Source: Candidatus Bathyarchaeota archaeon | GTDB lineage: Archaea; Thermoproteota; Bathyarchaeia; Bathyarchaeales; DTEX01 | NCBI GenBank assembly: GCA_018396975.1 | Contig: JAGTQA010000015.1 | Span: 1-51,830 of the forward strand | Direction of reading: 5' to 3' | DNA length: 51,830 bases | Program-made: the position numbers and the translations under genes | Part shown: in pieces, positions 1 through 9,222 of the stretch | How the letters are laid out: each line of letters opens with the position of its first letter | How positions within the stretch are numbered: the first letter of the stretch is position 1 | Notes under the pieces: generated by a model | Seen by the model: only the letters and a program-made list of their open reading frames with translations | The model's database searches: none | Told to the model about the DNA's origin: nothing

Positions 1-17
1 AAATAAGCAAGATTTTT

Positions 18-95
18 TGGTGCGGCCGCCGGGATTTGAACCCGGGATCGCAGGCTTGGAAGGCCTGTGTCCTAACCAGGCTAGACGACGGCCGC
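18..95 (-). tRNA. tRNA-Gly (anticodon UCC), CCA encoded, intron-less
   Basis: The reverse complement folds as a cloverleaf. Acceptor GCGGCCG/CGGCCGC, D loop TAGCCTGGTTAG, anticodon stem CAGGC/GCCTG with loop CTTCCAA, T arm CCGGG-TTCAAAT-CCCGG, discriminator A plus CCA. Confidence 0.9.
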
Positions 96-178
96 TTATG
101 CTACTGTTGGAGGATTATATCTATTTGTTCTATGTTTTTCTCTATTTCTGGGATAATTAAATTTTTTGTAGGTCTGTT

Positions 179-1087
179 TTATAGGCGGGATATTTTGAAT
201 CTTGGGTGGTTTGGTGCTGGTCGCTTTCCCTCCTCCATTAGGATTTGTGCGTATGCTGCGTTTATTAGGCTTATTGCTGGAAACATATATTTGGCGTCGC
301 TTATCGGCCCATATAATACGAAGTCTGCGCCTATAGCTATTGGCAGCCCATTTGTTACTGCTGAGCATGCCATACTCAAAATCTTATCCTTCTTGTCTTT
401 GAGGGCTTTCCATGAGGCTATGGCGTTGTGGGCTCCACATCCGGCGGGATAGCCATAGCGCTCCTTAACCTCAAATATGGCTTTACATGCTAATCCTAGT
501 GTGGCTATATCTAGGACAACTGTGTCAACAAGAATATTCTCTATTCCGGCGGATTCGATGCGTGGTATGAGAGTTTCTAAAAGTTTAATCCTCTCTCTAT
601 AGGATATTATGGCCCTTGAGCTGTATGTTAGCGCTATAGCTGATCGGATCCCAACCTCCTTAGCCTTCTCATATATCGAGGATTTCGTCTCCGGGTTGAT
701 GGAGTTTAAAATGGTTCTGTCTATTATGCCAAGATCTCTGGCGGTCTCCATGCCGCTTAAGGCGGCCTCCTCAGAAACATAATCTATTAGGATGGGCATC
801 TTTGTTACGTCGGCTGCAAACTCAAGGTATCTTCTGGCATTCTCCGAACTGGAGCATACGACGTCGAGCATCGCTGGGAGCCCAGTCCTACTGGAGATAT
901 CTTCGAGCTCTGCGATTAGGGCTTTAGCTGCTTCACGATCGAATATGCCGGTTTTATCGTCTTGAACGCACTTATCGCCCTTATAAAATATGCTCCCAAT
1001 CATGACTGTTGGGTTCTCGCCGGGCTGACCGCCAACTTTAACGCCGCCTATATCAAAAACTATTTGCTCCCTACTAAATTTGAACAT
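179..1087 (-). CDS. mtrH: MtrH-family methyltransferase (tetrahydromethanopterin S-methyltransferase subunit H-like)
   Basis: N-terminus MFKFSREQIVFDIGGVKVGGQPGENPTVMIGSIFY and overall length fit the MtrH family. Start moved to the second Met of ORF 179..1102. No other mtr subunits are adjacent. Confidence 0.8.
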   Translation of the reverse strand: MFKFSREQIVFDIGGVKVGGQPGENPTVMIGSIFYKGDKCVQDDKTGIFDREAAKALIAELEDISSRTGLPAMLDVVCSSSENARRYLEFAADVTKMPILIDYVSEEAALSGMETARDLGIIDRTILNSINPETKSSIYEKAKEVGIRSAIALTYSSRAIISYRERIKLLETLIPRIESAGIENILVDTVVLDIATLGLACKAIFEVKERYGYPAGCGAHNAIASWKALKDKKDKILSMACSAVTNGLPIAIGADFVLYGPISDAKYMFPAISLINAAYAQILMEEGKRPAPNHPRFKISRL

Positions 1088-1195
1088 GGTGGATCCCTGC
1101 ACGCTTGATTAAGAGTCTTTTATTGTTGGAAAATTTAACATTTTTGAATTCATTTAGAAAAAGGTATTATTGAGTGTTAAAGGGTTGCTGAGATT

Positions 1196-1804
1196 GTGAG
1201 GGGACGATTGATTTGTATTGAGGGGATTGATAAGAGTGGTAAGACGACGCAGTCCCGCCTTCTCGTTGAGGCGCTTAAGAATCTAGGGTTTGATGCAGTT
1301 TATACCGCTGAGCCTAGTAGTGGGGAGATTGGCAAGTTTATAGAGCGATATGTTTTGAGGAGGGAGAGACGTCTACCGGTTTCTGTGGAGGCGCTGCTCT
1401 TCGCTGCTGATAGAATTGAGCATTTTGAAAGGGAGATAAGGCCCATGCTTGAGAGGGGGAGAATAGTTGTCTCGGATAGATATGTTTATTCGTCCTTCGC
1501 CTATCAGGGCGCTGCCGGATTGGATATAGAATGGATTAAGGAGATCAATAAGATGGTTCCTGAACCGGATTTAGCGATATACTTAGACGTCCCAGTTGAG
1601 GTTGTGGTAGAGAGGTTGAGGGGGAAGCATAGAAGATCCGTTATGGAGTTCCCTGAGACGCAGAGAAGGGTTCGGGAAGTTTATATGCGCCTTGTTAGAG
1701 AGGGGAAACTCGTGCTTATTGATGGGAATCGCCCAATAGATGTTGTCTCGAAGGATATTCAAACGGTTGTCCTTAGAAAGTTAGGGCTTCAAACCAGTCC
1801 ATAA
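1196..1804 (+). CDS. tmk: thymidylate (dTMP) kinase
   Basis: P-loop IEGIDKSGKTTQ and the SDRYVYSS motif; about 200 aa; GTG start. Confidence 0.85.
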   Translation: MRGRLICIEGIDKSGKTTQSRLLVEALKNLGFDAVYTAEPSSGEIGKFIERYVLRRERRLPVSVEALLFAADRIEHFEREIRPMLERGRIVVSDRYVYSSFAYQGAAGLDIEWIKEINKMVPEPDLAIYLDVPVEVVVERLRGKHRRSVMEFPETQRRVREVYMRLVREGKLVLIDGNRPIDVVSKDIQTVVLRKLGLQTSP

Positions 1805-2335
1805 ACGCTTAATTTTCACCGCGCCATCTCCCCCTTTAGCCATCTCCAACCCTATGCGCTCAGCTAAGAATTTGAGGAGACCTTCCACCGATATACGCTG
1901 GAGCCCCCTTTCGTGGAATACTTGAACTTCAACCTCACTGTCTCTAAAGAGGAATCTAATGAAGTAGTAGTCGAATCTTAGGGCTCTAGGCCTAGACCCA
2001 CCATTTTTCCCAAGCGCGTAGTATCTGATGATGCAGAAGACATCCAGATTATGGAGGGTGCGTTTCTTAACCTCATCTAGGAGGGATTTTAGGATTTCCC
2101 CATCGATATAATTGAATACTAGGCCGTCGGCAACCCCAAACTCAAATATGACATTTATATTCGACCCAATTAGGGTCTTTAGATAGTCTCCTATGCTGCG
2201 GCCGTTTAATCTGTAGAGGGCATTTAAAATCGACTTTTGAACTTCAATCATCGGCAGGTTAAATTCCAGTATGGCGGCGCCATGATACCTGCTTGGGAAG
2301 TCCCAATAGGTTCCTAAACTGCCTTTGGACTTCAT
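1781..2335 (-). CDS. hypothetical protein
   Basis: 184-aa ORF. It overlaps the upstream UPF0148 gene by 4 nt (operon-like). Its 3' end overlaps the convergent tmk by 24 nt. No motif recognised. Confidence 0.5.
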   Translation of the reverse strand: MKSKGSLGTYWDFPSRYHGAAILEFNLPMIEVQKSILNALYRLNGRSIGDYLKTLIGSNINVIFEFGVADGLVFNYIDGEILKSLLDEVKKRTLHNLDVFCIIRYYALGKNGGSRPRALRFDYYFIRFLFRDSEVEVQVFHERGLQRISVEGLLKFLAERIGLEMAKGGDGAVKIKRLWTGLKP

Positions 2336-2703
2336 CCCTTAGATTTCCCAATCCTTCTTATTTTTTCAAGATTGTCCAATAATATTGAGATGACTGAGCC
2401 TAGTCTCTGGATTTCGTATGGGTCCTCCTCAGCCTTGAGTCTCTCGTTAATTTCCCAGATTTTTGTTAGGATTGTTGTCTCTGTTTGGCTTAGGGCTGAT
2501 AGGATCTCAATCTCTCTAGCCTCTTCCTCCTCCTTTACAACGATGACCTTCTTCTGGCATTGGGCGCACCATAATTCGCCGCTTTTAAGCTTAAAAATTG
2601 GTGACGCGCATGCTGGGCATGAGAGGTCGGTTAGTGTAGCTCCGCTCCTAAGTAGGTCGGCCATTAGGCGTATTTTGTCGCCCTTTCCGCCCTTCTCGGA
2701 CAA
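2332..2703 (-). CDS. UPF0148 / autoantigen-p27-like zinc-ribbon protein
   Basis: LLRSGATLTDLSCPACASPIFKLKSGELWCAQC zinc ribbon followed by a helical tail, as in the archaeal UPF0148 family. Confidence 0.6.
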   Translation of the reverse strand: MSEKGGKGDKIRLMADLLRSGATLTDLSCPACASPIFKLKSGELWCAQCQKKVIVVKEEEEAREIEILSALSQTETTILTKIWEINERLKAEEDPYEIQRLGSVISILLDNLEKIRRIGKSKG

Positions 2704-2748
2704 TCTCCGCCGCCTCCAGCCCCTACTCTTTTATAGGCTTCCATGCTA

Positions 2749-2946
2749 TTAAGCCTTCTTAGCCTTATATATCTTGGTGAGGTCGATGGCGTCTCTAACA
2801 TTCTTTGCTCTCGCTAAAATCCTAATCTTCTGGGCATCTATTTGAATCTGGTATCCGCATTTTAGGCACCTTGCTGTCTTCTGCCCCTCCCTAGCGTATC
2901 TAACCATACCGCACCTTGGGCAAGCGAAAATTATGTAGTCGGTCAT
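2749..2946 (-). CDS. small zinc-ribbon protein (DUF1922-like)
   Basis: 65 aa with CPRC ... CLKC and a basic C-terminus. Confidence 0.55.
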   Translation of the reverse strand: MTDYIIFACPRCGMVRYAREGQKTARCLKCGYQIQIDAQKIRILARAKNVRDAIDLTKIYKAKKA

Positions 2947-3038
2947 GATGCTGAACCGCTAACAATTAGGATTATGACATAATATAAGTCTTCCCTCCGG
3001 ATTACTTTCCGGAGGAGCCCTAGGCCGCTCCCATGGAT

Positions 3039-3076
3039 GATACCTCCCTATCTTCCCGAATACCCTATCCTCCTCC
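3039..3076 (+). repeat. 38-nt pyrimidine-rich intergenic element, copy 1
   Basis: GATACCTCCCTATCTTCCCGAATACCCTATCCTCCTCC. It is 33/38 identical to copy 2 (19853..19890). Confidence 0.8.
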
Positions 3077-3117
3077 TGAACTTAGTGGCTTATTATGTGG
3101 ATAGGATGAAATGTGCT

Positions 3118-4104
3118 CTAGGTAAGTCTATATAATGTAAAGCTGAATACTCCGTTCTTGTAGGCTGGATCTATAACTTTCGGTATAACTGGAACTGGCA
3201 GTGCTATGTGCTTGTAAAACCTAACGTCTCCCCTCTCAGCCTCAATTATAACGTCCCATTCGGAGACTGATACTCTTATGTCGCCCTCTTCTAGGCCGGG
3301 CATATAGGCCATAATGAAAACTAAATTTGGCTCAACATAAATATCTACGAGCGGGGCTCTAACCCAAGGTGCCACAATAGGTCTAATGGCCTCCTCAGCG
3401 GCGGCTACGGGTTTTCTCCTCGGCTTTATATTGAAAGCCTTCACGACCATCAGTCCGAAGACAAAGCCCCCTATATGAGCCCAGAAGGCTACACCGGATT
3501 TTATACCAGTTAGGGATACAACGCCCATCAGTAGCTGGTAAATGAACCAGAAGCCTAGATAGAAATATGCTGGTATGCTGACTACCGTGATAAATATGTA
3601 GAATACTAGTGTTCTTATCCTAGCCTTGGGATATAGGAGCATGTAGGCGCCTAAAACGGCTGATATTGCCCCGGAAGCCCCAACGGCTGGCGTTATAAGG
3701 TCAGCGATCACATAGTAGATTGGCGCCGTGTAAAATGATAGGAGCGCTGAGGCCGTATGCGTTAGGCTGGCAAATAGACCTCCAGCCAGATAGAAGGCTA
3801 GGTATTTCCCATGTCCAAGTGCATCCTCAACATTATCGCCGAAGATCCAGAGGTAGAGCATGTTCCCGAGGAGATGTAGGATGTCAGCGTGAAGAAACAT
3901 GCTTGTAAAGATTGTTTCGAGTCTTTTCCCCTCAAGAATATAGATTGGCCGCATCCCATAATTGTTGATAGCCGACCTAAGAGATCTCTCAAGAAGGGGG
4001 TCTTGGAGAATGAAAAAGAAGAAAACTAGGATATTTATGAGTATTAACACATAGTTTATGTATGGTCTTCTAGAGGGCCTATTCTCATCATGGATCGGTA
4101 TCAT
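3118..4104 (-). CDS. rhomboid-family intramembrane serine protease fused to a C-terminal alpha-crystallin (Hsp20-like) domain
   Basis: Multi-TM protein with the rhomboid motifs GASGAISAVLGAY (Ser) and AHIGGFVFG (His). The C-terminal ~85 aa (VDIYVEPN..MPGLEEGDIRVSV..AYKNGVFSFTLYR) match the sHSP alpha-crystallin domain signature. Confidence 0.75.
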   Translation of the reverse strand: MIPIHDENRPSRRPYINYVLILINILVFFFFILQDPLLERSLRSAINNYGMRPIYILEGKRLETIFTSMFLHADILHLLGNMLYLWIFGDNVEDALGHGKYLAFYLAGGLFASLTHTASALLSFYTAPIYYVIADLITPAVGASGAISAVLGAYMLLYPKARIRTLVFYIFITVVSIPAYFYLGFWFIYQLLMGVVSLTGIKSGVAFWAHIGGFVFGLMVVKAFNIKPRRKPVAAAEEAIRPIVAPWVRAPLVDIYVEPNLVFIMAYMPGLEEGDIRVSVSEWDVIIEAERGDVRFYKHIALPVPVIPKVIDPAYKNGVFSFTLYRLT

Positions 4105-4108
4105 CGCC

Positions 4109-5263
4109 CTATTTTCCCACCGCCATCTTGGAGACTCCGGAGGAATCTAAGATTTTCTTCACCGCCCTCTTATAGATTTCTATGCTGGCTAAATACTCCG
4201 TTATGCTTATGTACTCGTTTGGTGTGTGGCTTAGGCTTGAGTCTCCGGGACCATATGTTGCAACCGGCACATTATAGTGTGCTCCGAAGATGTTCATGTC
4301 CCCGGTTCCAGTCTTCCGGAGGAGCCTCGCCTCCTCACCAGTTACCTCTAGGATTGCATCCTTTAAGGATTTTACTACAACCGTGTCTCTCCTAGCCACG
4401 TAGGGTTCAACCCTATCAATAATTCTTAGTTTAGACGCTAACCCATAATTTTCCGCCCTAAAATCGTCGATTAAGCCGCCAATTATCTTCATGGCATCAC
4501 CACACTTTATTGTCGGCGGCAATCTTAGGTCAACCTCTAGAGTGCATATGTCCGGTATGCTCCTCGTTGTTCCACGGCCGGAGATTCCGGTTAATGCTGG
4601 TGTGAGAGAGTAGAATATTCCATAGGGCGATTTATACTCCCGCTCGCATCTCTCCTTGAGTTTACTCCAGAACTCAAAACCCTTCTCTATGGCATTCGGT
4701 AGTAGGTGTTGGGCTCCCACATGTCCGGTGGCTGTTCTAAACTCAATCCTAATTTTTAGGTGGCCCTTATAGGCGAACACCACATTTTTTATTCCACTAG
4801 GCTCTCCAAAAATTGCATAATCAATACTCGGCCTATCCCTCACTAGGCGCTTAATTCCCCTAGCCCTCCCCTCCTCATCAACAACACATGCGACCAGAAT
4901 CCTACCCCGAGAGAGACTTGACTTCAGACTTGAGGCTGAGATTATCATGGCCGCTAGGGATGATTTTGCATCCACGGAGCCCCTACCATATAGCCTATCG
5001 CCCTCAACCCTAACCGGTATCCACCCGGGCACTGTATCCATGTGTCCACATAGGAGAATAGTTGGGCCGGCGGAGCCAACCTCGCCATAAACGTTATTGA
5101 CTGAATCCGTCCAAACCCTACTGAAGCCAGCCCTCTTAAGCTCATCAGCCAAGTAGGATGCTATCTTATCTTCTTTTCCACTCGGACTGTAGATTTCAAG
5201 CATTCCCCTCAGAAGCTCTAGCGGATACATCTCATCTTGGTACATGTTAAATCCGCATGCCAA
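4109..5263 (-). CDS. lysK: [LysW]-lysine/ornithine hydrolase (M20 deacylase, ArgE/LysK type)
   Basis: M20 motifs [11 protein letters not shown] and VVDEEG. Last gene of the lysW operon. The start may be a downstream Met. Confidence 0.8.
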   Translation of the reverse strand: MACGFNMYQDEMYPLELLRGMLEIYSPSGKEDKIASYLADELKRAGFSRVWTDSVNNVYGEVGSAGPTILLCGHMDTVPGWIPVRVEGDRLYGRGSVDAKSSLAAMIISASSLKSSLSRGRILVACVVDEEGRARGIKRLVRDRPSIDYAIFGEPSGIKNVVFAYKGHLKIRIEFRTATGHVGAQHLLPNAIEKGFEFWSKLKERCEREYKSPYGIFYSLTPALTGISGRGTTRSIPDICTLEVDLRLPPTIKCGDAMKIIGGLIDDFRAENYGLASKLRIIDRVEPYVARRDTVVVKSLKDAILEVTGEEARLLRKTGTGDMNIFGAHYNVPVATYGPGDSSLSHTPNEYISITEYLASIEIYKRAVKKILDSSGVSKMAVGK

Positions 5264-5273
5264 GAATTATTTG

Positions 5274-6478
5274 TTAGATGCCAGTCTCTTTAAGAAGGCT
5301 CTCTTCCTCAGATATCGCTACCCTGAGAACTTCAGCAACCTTCTCCAGCTGCTCCATGCTTATTACTAGCGGTGGGAGGAAGCGTATCACGTTCCTACCG
5401 CAATAGAGCAATATTACCCCCATCTTTAAAGCCCTCATGAGGATATTATAAATGTCCACTCTAGCCTCTAAGCCCAGCATTAAGCCTAAGCCTCGGGCCT
5501 CCCTTAAGATCCTAAATTCACCGACTAAACCATCTAGAATCTTTTTGAAGCGCTCCCCTAGAACCCTCGCCCTATCAACAAGATTCTCCTCCAATATCAC
5601 GTCTATTGTTGCGCATGCTGCTGCACATGCAAGCGGGTTCCCGCCGAATGTGCTTGTATGCTCTCCAACCTTAAGCGACCCCATCACATCGTTTCTGCCA
5701 ATAGTCGCCCCTATTGGCACACCGCCCCCCATAGCCTTAGCAACACACATTATATCCGGCTTAATATTCCAGTGCTCTGATGCCCACATGCGCCCAGTCC
5801 GCCCAAAGCCGGTTTGAACCTCATCGAATATTAAAACAATTCCATGCTCATCGCAGAGTTTACGTAGGCCCTCTAAAAAGCCGTTTGGTGCAACATGAAT
5901 CCCTCCCTCACCTTGAATCGGCTCAACGATCACCGCCGCAGTATCCTCCGTTATCGCCTCCTCAACCCTATCAAGTCTACCAAACGGCACAAACTTAAAG
6001 TTTGGGCTTAAAATTTGCTTGAATGGCTCACGATATTTTGGGTTCCATGTTGCTGATAATGCGCCGAGAGTCTTGCCGTGGAAGCCCCTAACCATGCTTA
6101 TAATTTCGCGCTTACCAGTATATTTTATGGCAGCCTTTATTGCGCATTCTACCGCCTCAGCTCCACTGTTAGACAGAAATATTTTTTCCAGTCCCCTCGG
6201 GGCTATTTTAACCAGCTTCTCTAGAAGCTCGGCCCTCTTATCATTATATAGTGATCCGTGGCATGCTATAAGTCTCTCACACTGCTCCTTAACGGCCTTA
6301 ACAATCTTTGGGTGACAATGTCCAACTAGGCTTACACCATATCCGCCCATACAGTCTATATAGGCTTTCCCATTCACATCGTATAGGAGCGCCCCCTCAC
6401 CCCTAACAACGCATACTGGAAACTTCTGGTAGACGTTTGCGAGGTAAGAATTCTCTATGGCTATTATCTCCTCCTCAT
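5274..6478 (-). CDS. lysJ: [LysW]-aminoadipate semialdehyde / acetylornithine aminotransferase (class III); frame break next to the start
   Basis: Class-III aminotransferase sequence (GHCHPKIV, DEVQTGFGRTG, VAKAMGGG). Homology continues upstream of the track start (6377) to about 6482 (EEEIIAIENSYLANVYQKFPVCVVRGEGALLYD) with no in-frame ATG/GTG/TTG. The ATG at 6478..6476 overlaps the lysZ stop but is 1 nt out of frame. Confidence 0.8.
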
Positions 6479-7281
6479 TCAGCTGTTATCACCGTTCCAT
6501 TTAAACCATTTAAGGCACTTATCAGAGGATTCTCCACTAGGCCGCACGCTATAATGGCCTCTTTAACTCCCGCCTCCAAGGCCTCTATCGAGGCAATAAC
6601 CTTCTTATCCATGCCCGAACCTATCTTGGGCAGGATCTCCCTAGCACCGCTTAAGGTTATCCTCTTAATGTATTCCTCACCCAACAATATTCCTGGAACA
6701 TCCGTTAGGAAGATTATTTTGTCAGCCTTTAGGGCACCAGCTATCTGTCCAGCAGCCCTATCACTATCAACATTCAAGTACTCGTTTTCCCTGCCCAAAG
6801 CTATTGGCGAGACAACTGGCAAGTATCCATGGTCGATGAGGATCTTAAGCAGACGCGAATTAACCTCAAGTATTTTACCGGTAAAGCCCCCATCAATTAT
6901 ACGCTTCCTACCCCTCTCGTCAACTATAATGAGCTTCTTCTTCCTCTCCGCCAGCATTAATGTACCGTCTATGCCCGATAAGCCAACAGCCGATATATTA
7001 TGGCTTATAAGCCATCTGACAATCGCCTTATTTATCTTGCCAGCCATAACCATAGTGTATATCTCCACGGTCTCCCAATCCGTATATCGGCTCCTTATAC
7101 CCTCGGGAGAAACTACAAAAACCTGTTTTTTACCGAGCTTCTCAGCAACCTCCGTAACCTCATCTCCGCCGCCATGGACAATGGCGATACTATCATTTTC
7201 TAGAACCCTCTTTATGTCATTAGCTAGGGTGTCATTCAGCCCCCTCTTAAATATGTCCCCGCCGATTTTGAGAACTATCAT
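6475..7281 (-). CDS. lysZ: [LysW]-aminoadipate / acetylglutamate kinase
   Basis: The amino-acid-kinase N-terminus MIVLKIGGD was chosen as the start (internal Met of ORF 6475..7356). Also contains VHGGG and operon context. Confidence 0.85.
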   Translation of the reverse strand: MIVLKIGGDIFKRGLNDTLANDIKRVLENDSIAIVHGGGDEVTEVAEKLGKKQVFVVSPEGIRSRYTDWETVEIYTMVMAGKINKAIVRWLISHNISAVGLSGIDGTLMLAERKKKLIIVDERGRKRIIDGGFTGKILEVNSRLLKILIDHGYLPVVSPIALGRENEYLNVDSDRAAGQIAGALKADKIIFLTDVPGILLGEEYIKRITLSGAREILPKIGSGMDKKVIASIEALEAGVKEAIIACGLVENPLISALNGLNGTVITAE

Positions 7282-7303
7282 CCTCCACAGCCACCATATT
7301 CTT

Positions 7304-8356
7304 CTAAATTGGGTGTAGGGCGGAGTAGCGCAGTCCCTCCCTCTCATCCCAACCACACATAATATTCATGTCTTGAACCGCTGTTCCAGCAGCACCCTTC
7401 ATTAAATTGTCTATGGCCGAGAATATTACGAGCCTATTAACGTGATCATCTATCTCAAAACCTATATCGCAATAGTTTGAACCGACAACAATCTTTGGAT
7501 CCGGATATCTAAATACTCCTTTAGTATCGCGTATGAACCTAATGAATGGCTCATTAGCGTAGAATCCTCTATAGGCTCGCCAAACCTCGATCGGCGCGAT
7601 TGGCTCCCTAAGGAAGACGTGGCATGTTGACAGTATGCCCCTAACCATATTAACGGCGTGGGCAGACATAGATATTCTAACCTTCTCACCACATATTAGG
7701 CTTAGCTCCTGCTCTATCTCAGCGGTATGTCTATGCCCAGCCGGCTTATAAGGCCTAACAACACTATAATGTTCTGAGTGGTGGGAGGATAGCGAAGGCT
7801 TGGCGCCGGCTCCGGAGGACCCAACCTTAAAATCTATGACAATCCTATCCCTATCAATCTTAGTTGACTTGATTATTGGTGCAAGGGCCAGTATGCCGGC
7901 TGCAGCCATGCAGCCTGGAACCGCAACTAGCTGAGCATTCCTAATCTCATCACGATGTAGCTCCGGTAAGCCATAAACCGCCTTCTCCAGAAGCTCCGGA
8001 TTTTTATGGCTCCAACCATACCACTTTACATAGTCCTCTGGATTCTTAAGTCTGAAGTCTGCGCTTGTATCGATAACTTTGAGCCCTGCCTCGAGGAGCT
8101 GGGGCATAAACGCCGATGATACCCCATGTGGTGTTGCCACGAAGAGTATGTCGCATAGATCCGTAACCTTGGCGGGGTCGGACTTAATGAATTTTAGGGT
8201 TGTTTGTCCCTTAAGGTTCGGGTGAACCCTATGGATATACTCGTCAGCATAGGTGTTTGAGGTCGCCGCTGTCACCTCAACCTTTGGATGCGAGAGCAGT
8301 AATCGGAGGAGTTCGCCGCCAACATATCCGGATGCGCCGAAGATTCCAACCCTCAC
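7304..8356 (-). CDS. lysY: [LysW]-aminoadipyl-phosphate / N-acetyl-gamma-glutamyl-phosphate reductase
   Basis: MRVGIFGASGYVGGELLRLL Rossmann N-terminus and the active-site region VAVPGCMA typical of ArgC/LysY. Confidence 0.9.
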   Translation of the reverse strand: MRVGIFGASGYVGGELLRLLLSHPKVEVTAATSNTYADEYIHRVHPNLKGQTTLKFIKSDPAKVTDLCDILFVATPHGVSSAFMPQLLEAGLKVIDTSADFRLKNPEDYVKWYGWSHKNPELLEKAVYGLPELHRDEIRNAQLVAVPGCMAAAGILALAPIIKSTKIDRDRIVIDFKVGSSGAGAKPSLSSHHSEHYSVVRPYKPAGHRHTAEIEQELSLICGEKVRISMSAHAVNMVRGILSTCHVFLREPIAPIEVWRAYRGFYANEPFIRFIRDTKGVFRYPDPKIVVGSNYCDIGFEIDDHVNRLVIFSAIDNLMKGAAGTAVQDMNIMCGWDEREGLRYSALHPI

Positions 8357-9216
8357 TTCTTCATCACCTTAATAGCATACTCGATGATTTTTTCCGGTAT
8401 ATTAACTTTGGTTGCTGAGTATAAGCCCTTAAACTCCGGTGTATTATTAACTTCATGCACAATTATGCCATCAGGTGACTCCATACAGTCAATGGCGAGA
8501 ACTCCCCCTCCAACGGCCCTAGAAGCCCTAATAGATAGCTCAACAACCTCATCGGTTATTGGGAATGGTTCGGTTCTTCCACCACGTGCAACATTAGTCC
8601 TCCACTCCCCATTAGCTGAGTATCGGTAGGCTGCCGCAACAACCTCATCCCCGATGGTTAATATGCGTATGTCCCTTGGGGGCCTCCTCACATACTCCTG
8701 AAGATAATATATCTGCATTAGTGAGTTCTGCATCTCTTCACGGGACTCTATAAGCGCTTGGGCCGAGTCCCTATCTCTAACAAGCGCAACCAAACGCCCC
8801 CAGCTACCCACAACCGGCTTTAGAACAGCTGGGTACCCTAAAACCTCTAGGGCTTTAAAGGCGCTTTCATCAGTGAATGCTACAAGGGTCTTTGGGACTG
8901 GAACACCGGCCTTAACCAACGCTAGGGTTGTGAAGAGCTTATTGCCACATATTAGGGAGACATGGAATGGATTAATCACCTCCACACCGAAGTTCTCTAG
9001 GATAGCCGTTATATGCAGCCCCCTAAAGTAGCTTATACATCGCTGTAGCACTAGATCGCCAAACTCCTCCTTAATCCCCCTAGAATCTCCTGAAGTGCTT
9101 AGATAGATCTCCTTTGAGTCTATTGGCTTCAGGTCTAGCCCGAGCCTTCTAGAGGCCTCTATTAGCGCCTTCTCCTCCCACCTAATTCTATCATACACTA
9201 GGCCCATTCGATACAT
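8353..9216 (-). CDS. lysX: RimK-type ATP-grasp ligase, [LysW]-aminoadipate/glutamate ligase
   Basis: LVYDRIRWEEKALIEA N-terminus and the ATP-grasp core, lying immediately downstream of lysW. The start may be Met4 (9207). Confidence 0.85.
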   Translation of the reverse strand: MYRMGLVYDRIRWEEKALIEASRRLGLDLKPIDSKEIYLSTSGDSRGIKEEFGDLVLQRCISYFRGLHITAILENFGVEVINPFHVSLICGNKLFTTLALVKAGVPVPKTLVAFTDESAFKALEVLGYPAVLKPVVGSWGRLVALVRDRDSAQALIESREEMQNSLMQIYYLQEYVRRPPRDIRILTIGDEVVAAAYRYSANGEWRTNVARGGRTEPFPITDEVVELSIRASRAVGGGVLAIDCMESPDGIIVHEVNNTPEFKGLYSATKVNIPEKIIEYAIKVMKK

Positions 9217-9222
9217 GTGTTT

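Noticed and set aside
1781-1804. 24-nt overlap of the convergent genes tmk and ORF 1781..2335 as a regulatory antisense arrangement
   Set aside because: Short 3'-end overlaps are common in compact archaeal genomes. Nothing in the sequence suggests a special function.
3033-3080. Repeat copy 1 as a C/D box sRNA (GGATGATA ... CTGA)
   Set aside because: The C-box match is imperfect (GAUGAUA, not UGAUGA). No C'/D' boxes are present. The other two copies lack both the box-like 5' flank and the CTGA.
6437-7318. 293-aa plus-strand ORF antisense to lysZ. Similar long antisense ORFs: 20876..21601 (-), 34243..34803 (+), 44453..45139 (-), 17415..17918 (-), 22388..22864 (-), 36..452 (+)
   Set aside because: Each lies entirely inside, or opposite to, a gene with strong family signatures. 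Their translations are low-complexity (Ser/Leu/Pro/Ile-rich) with no recognisable motifs. They are typical shadow ORFs.
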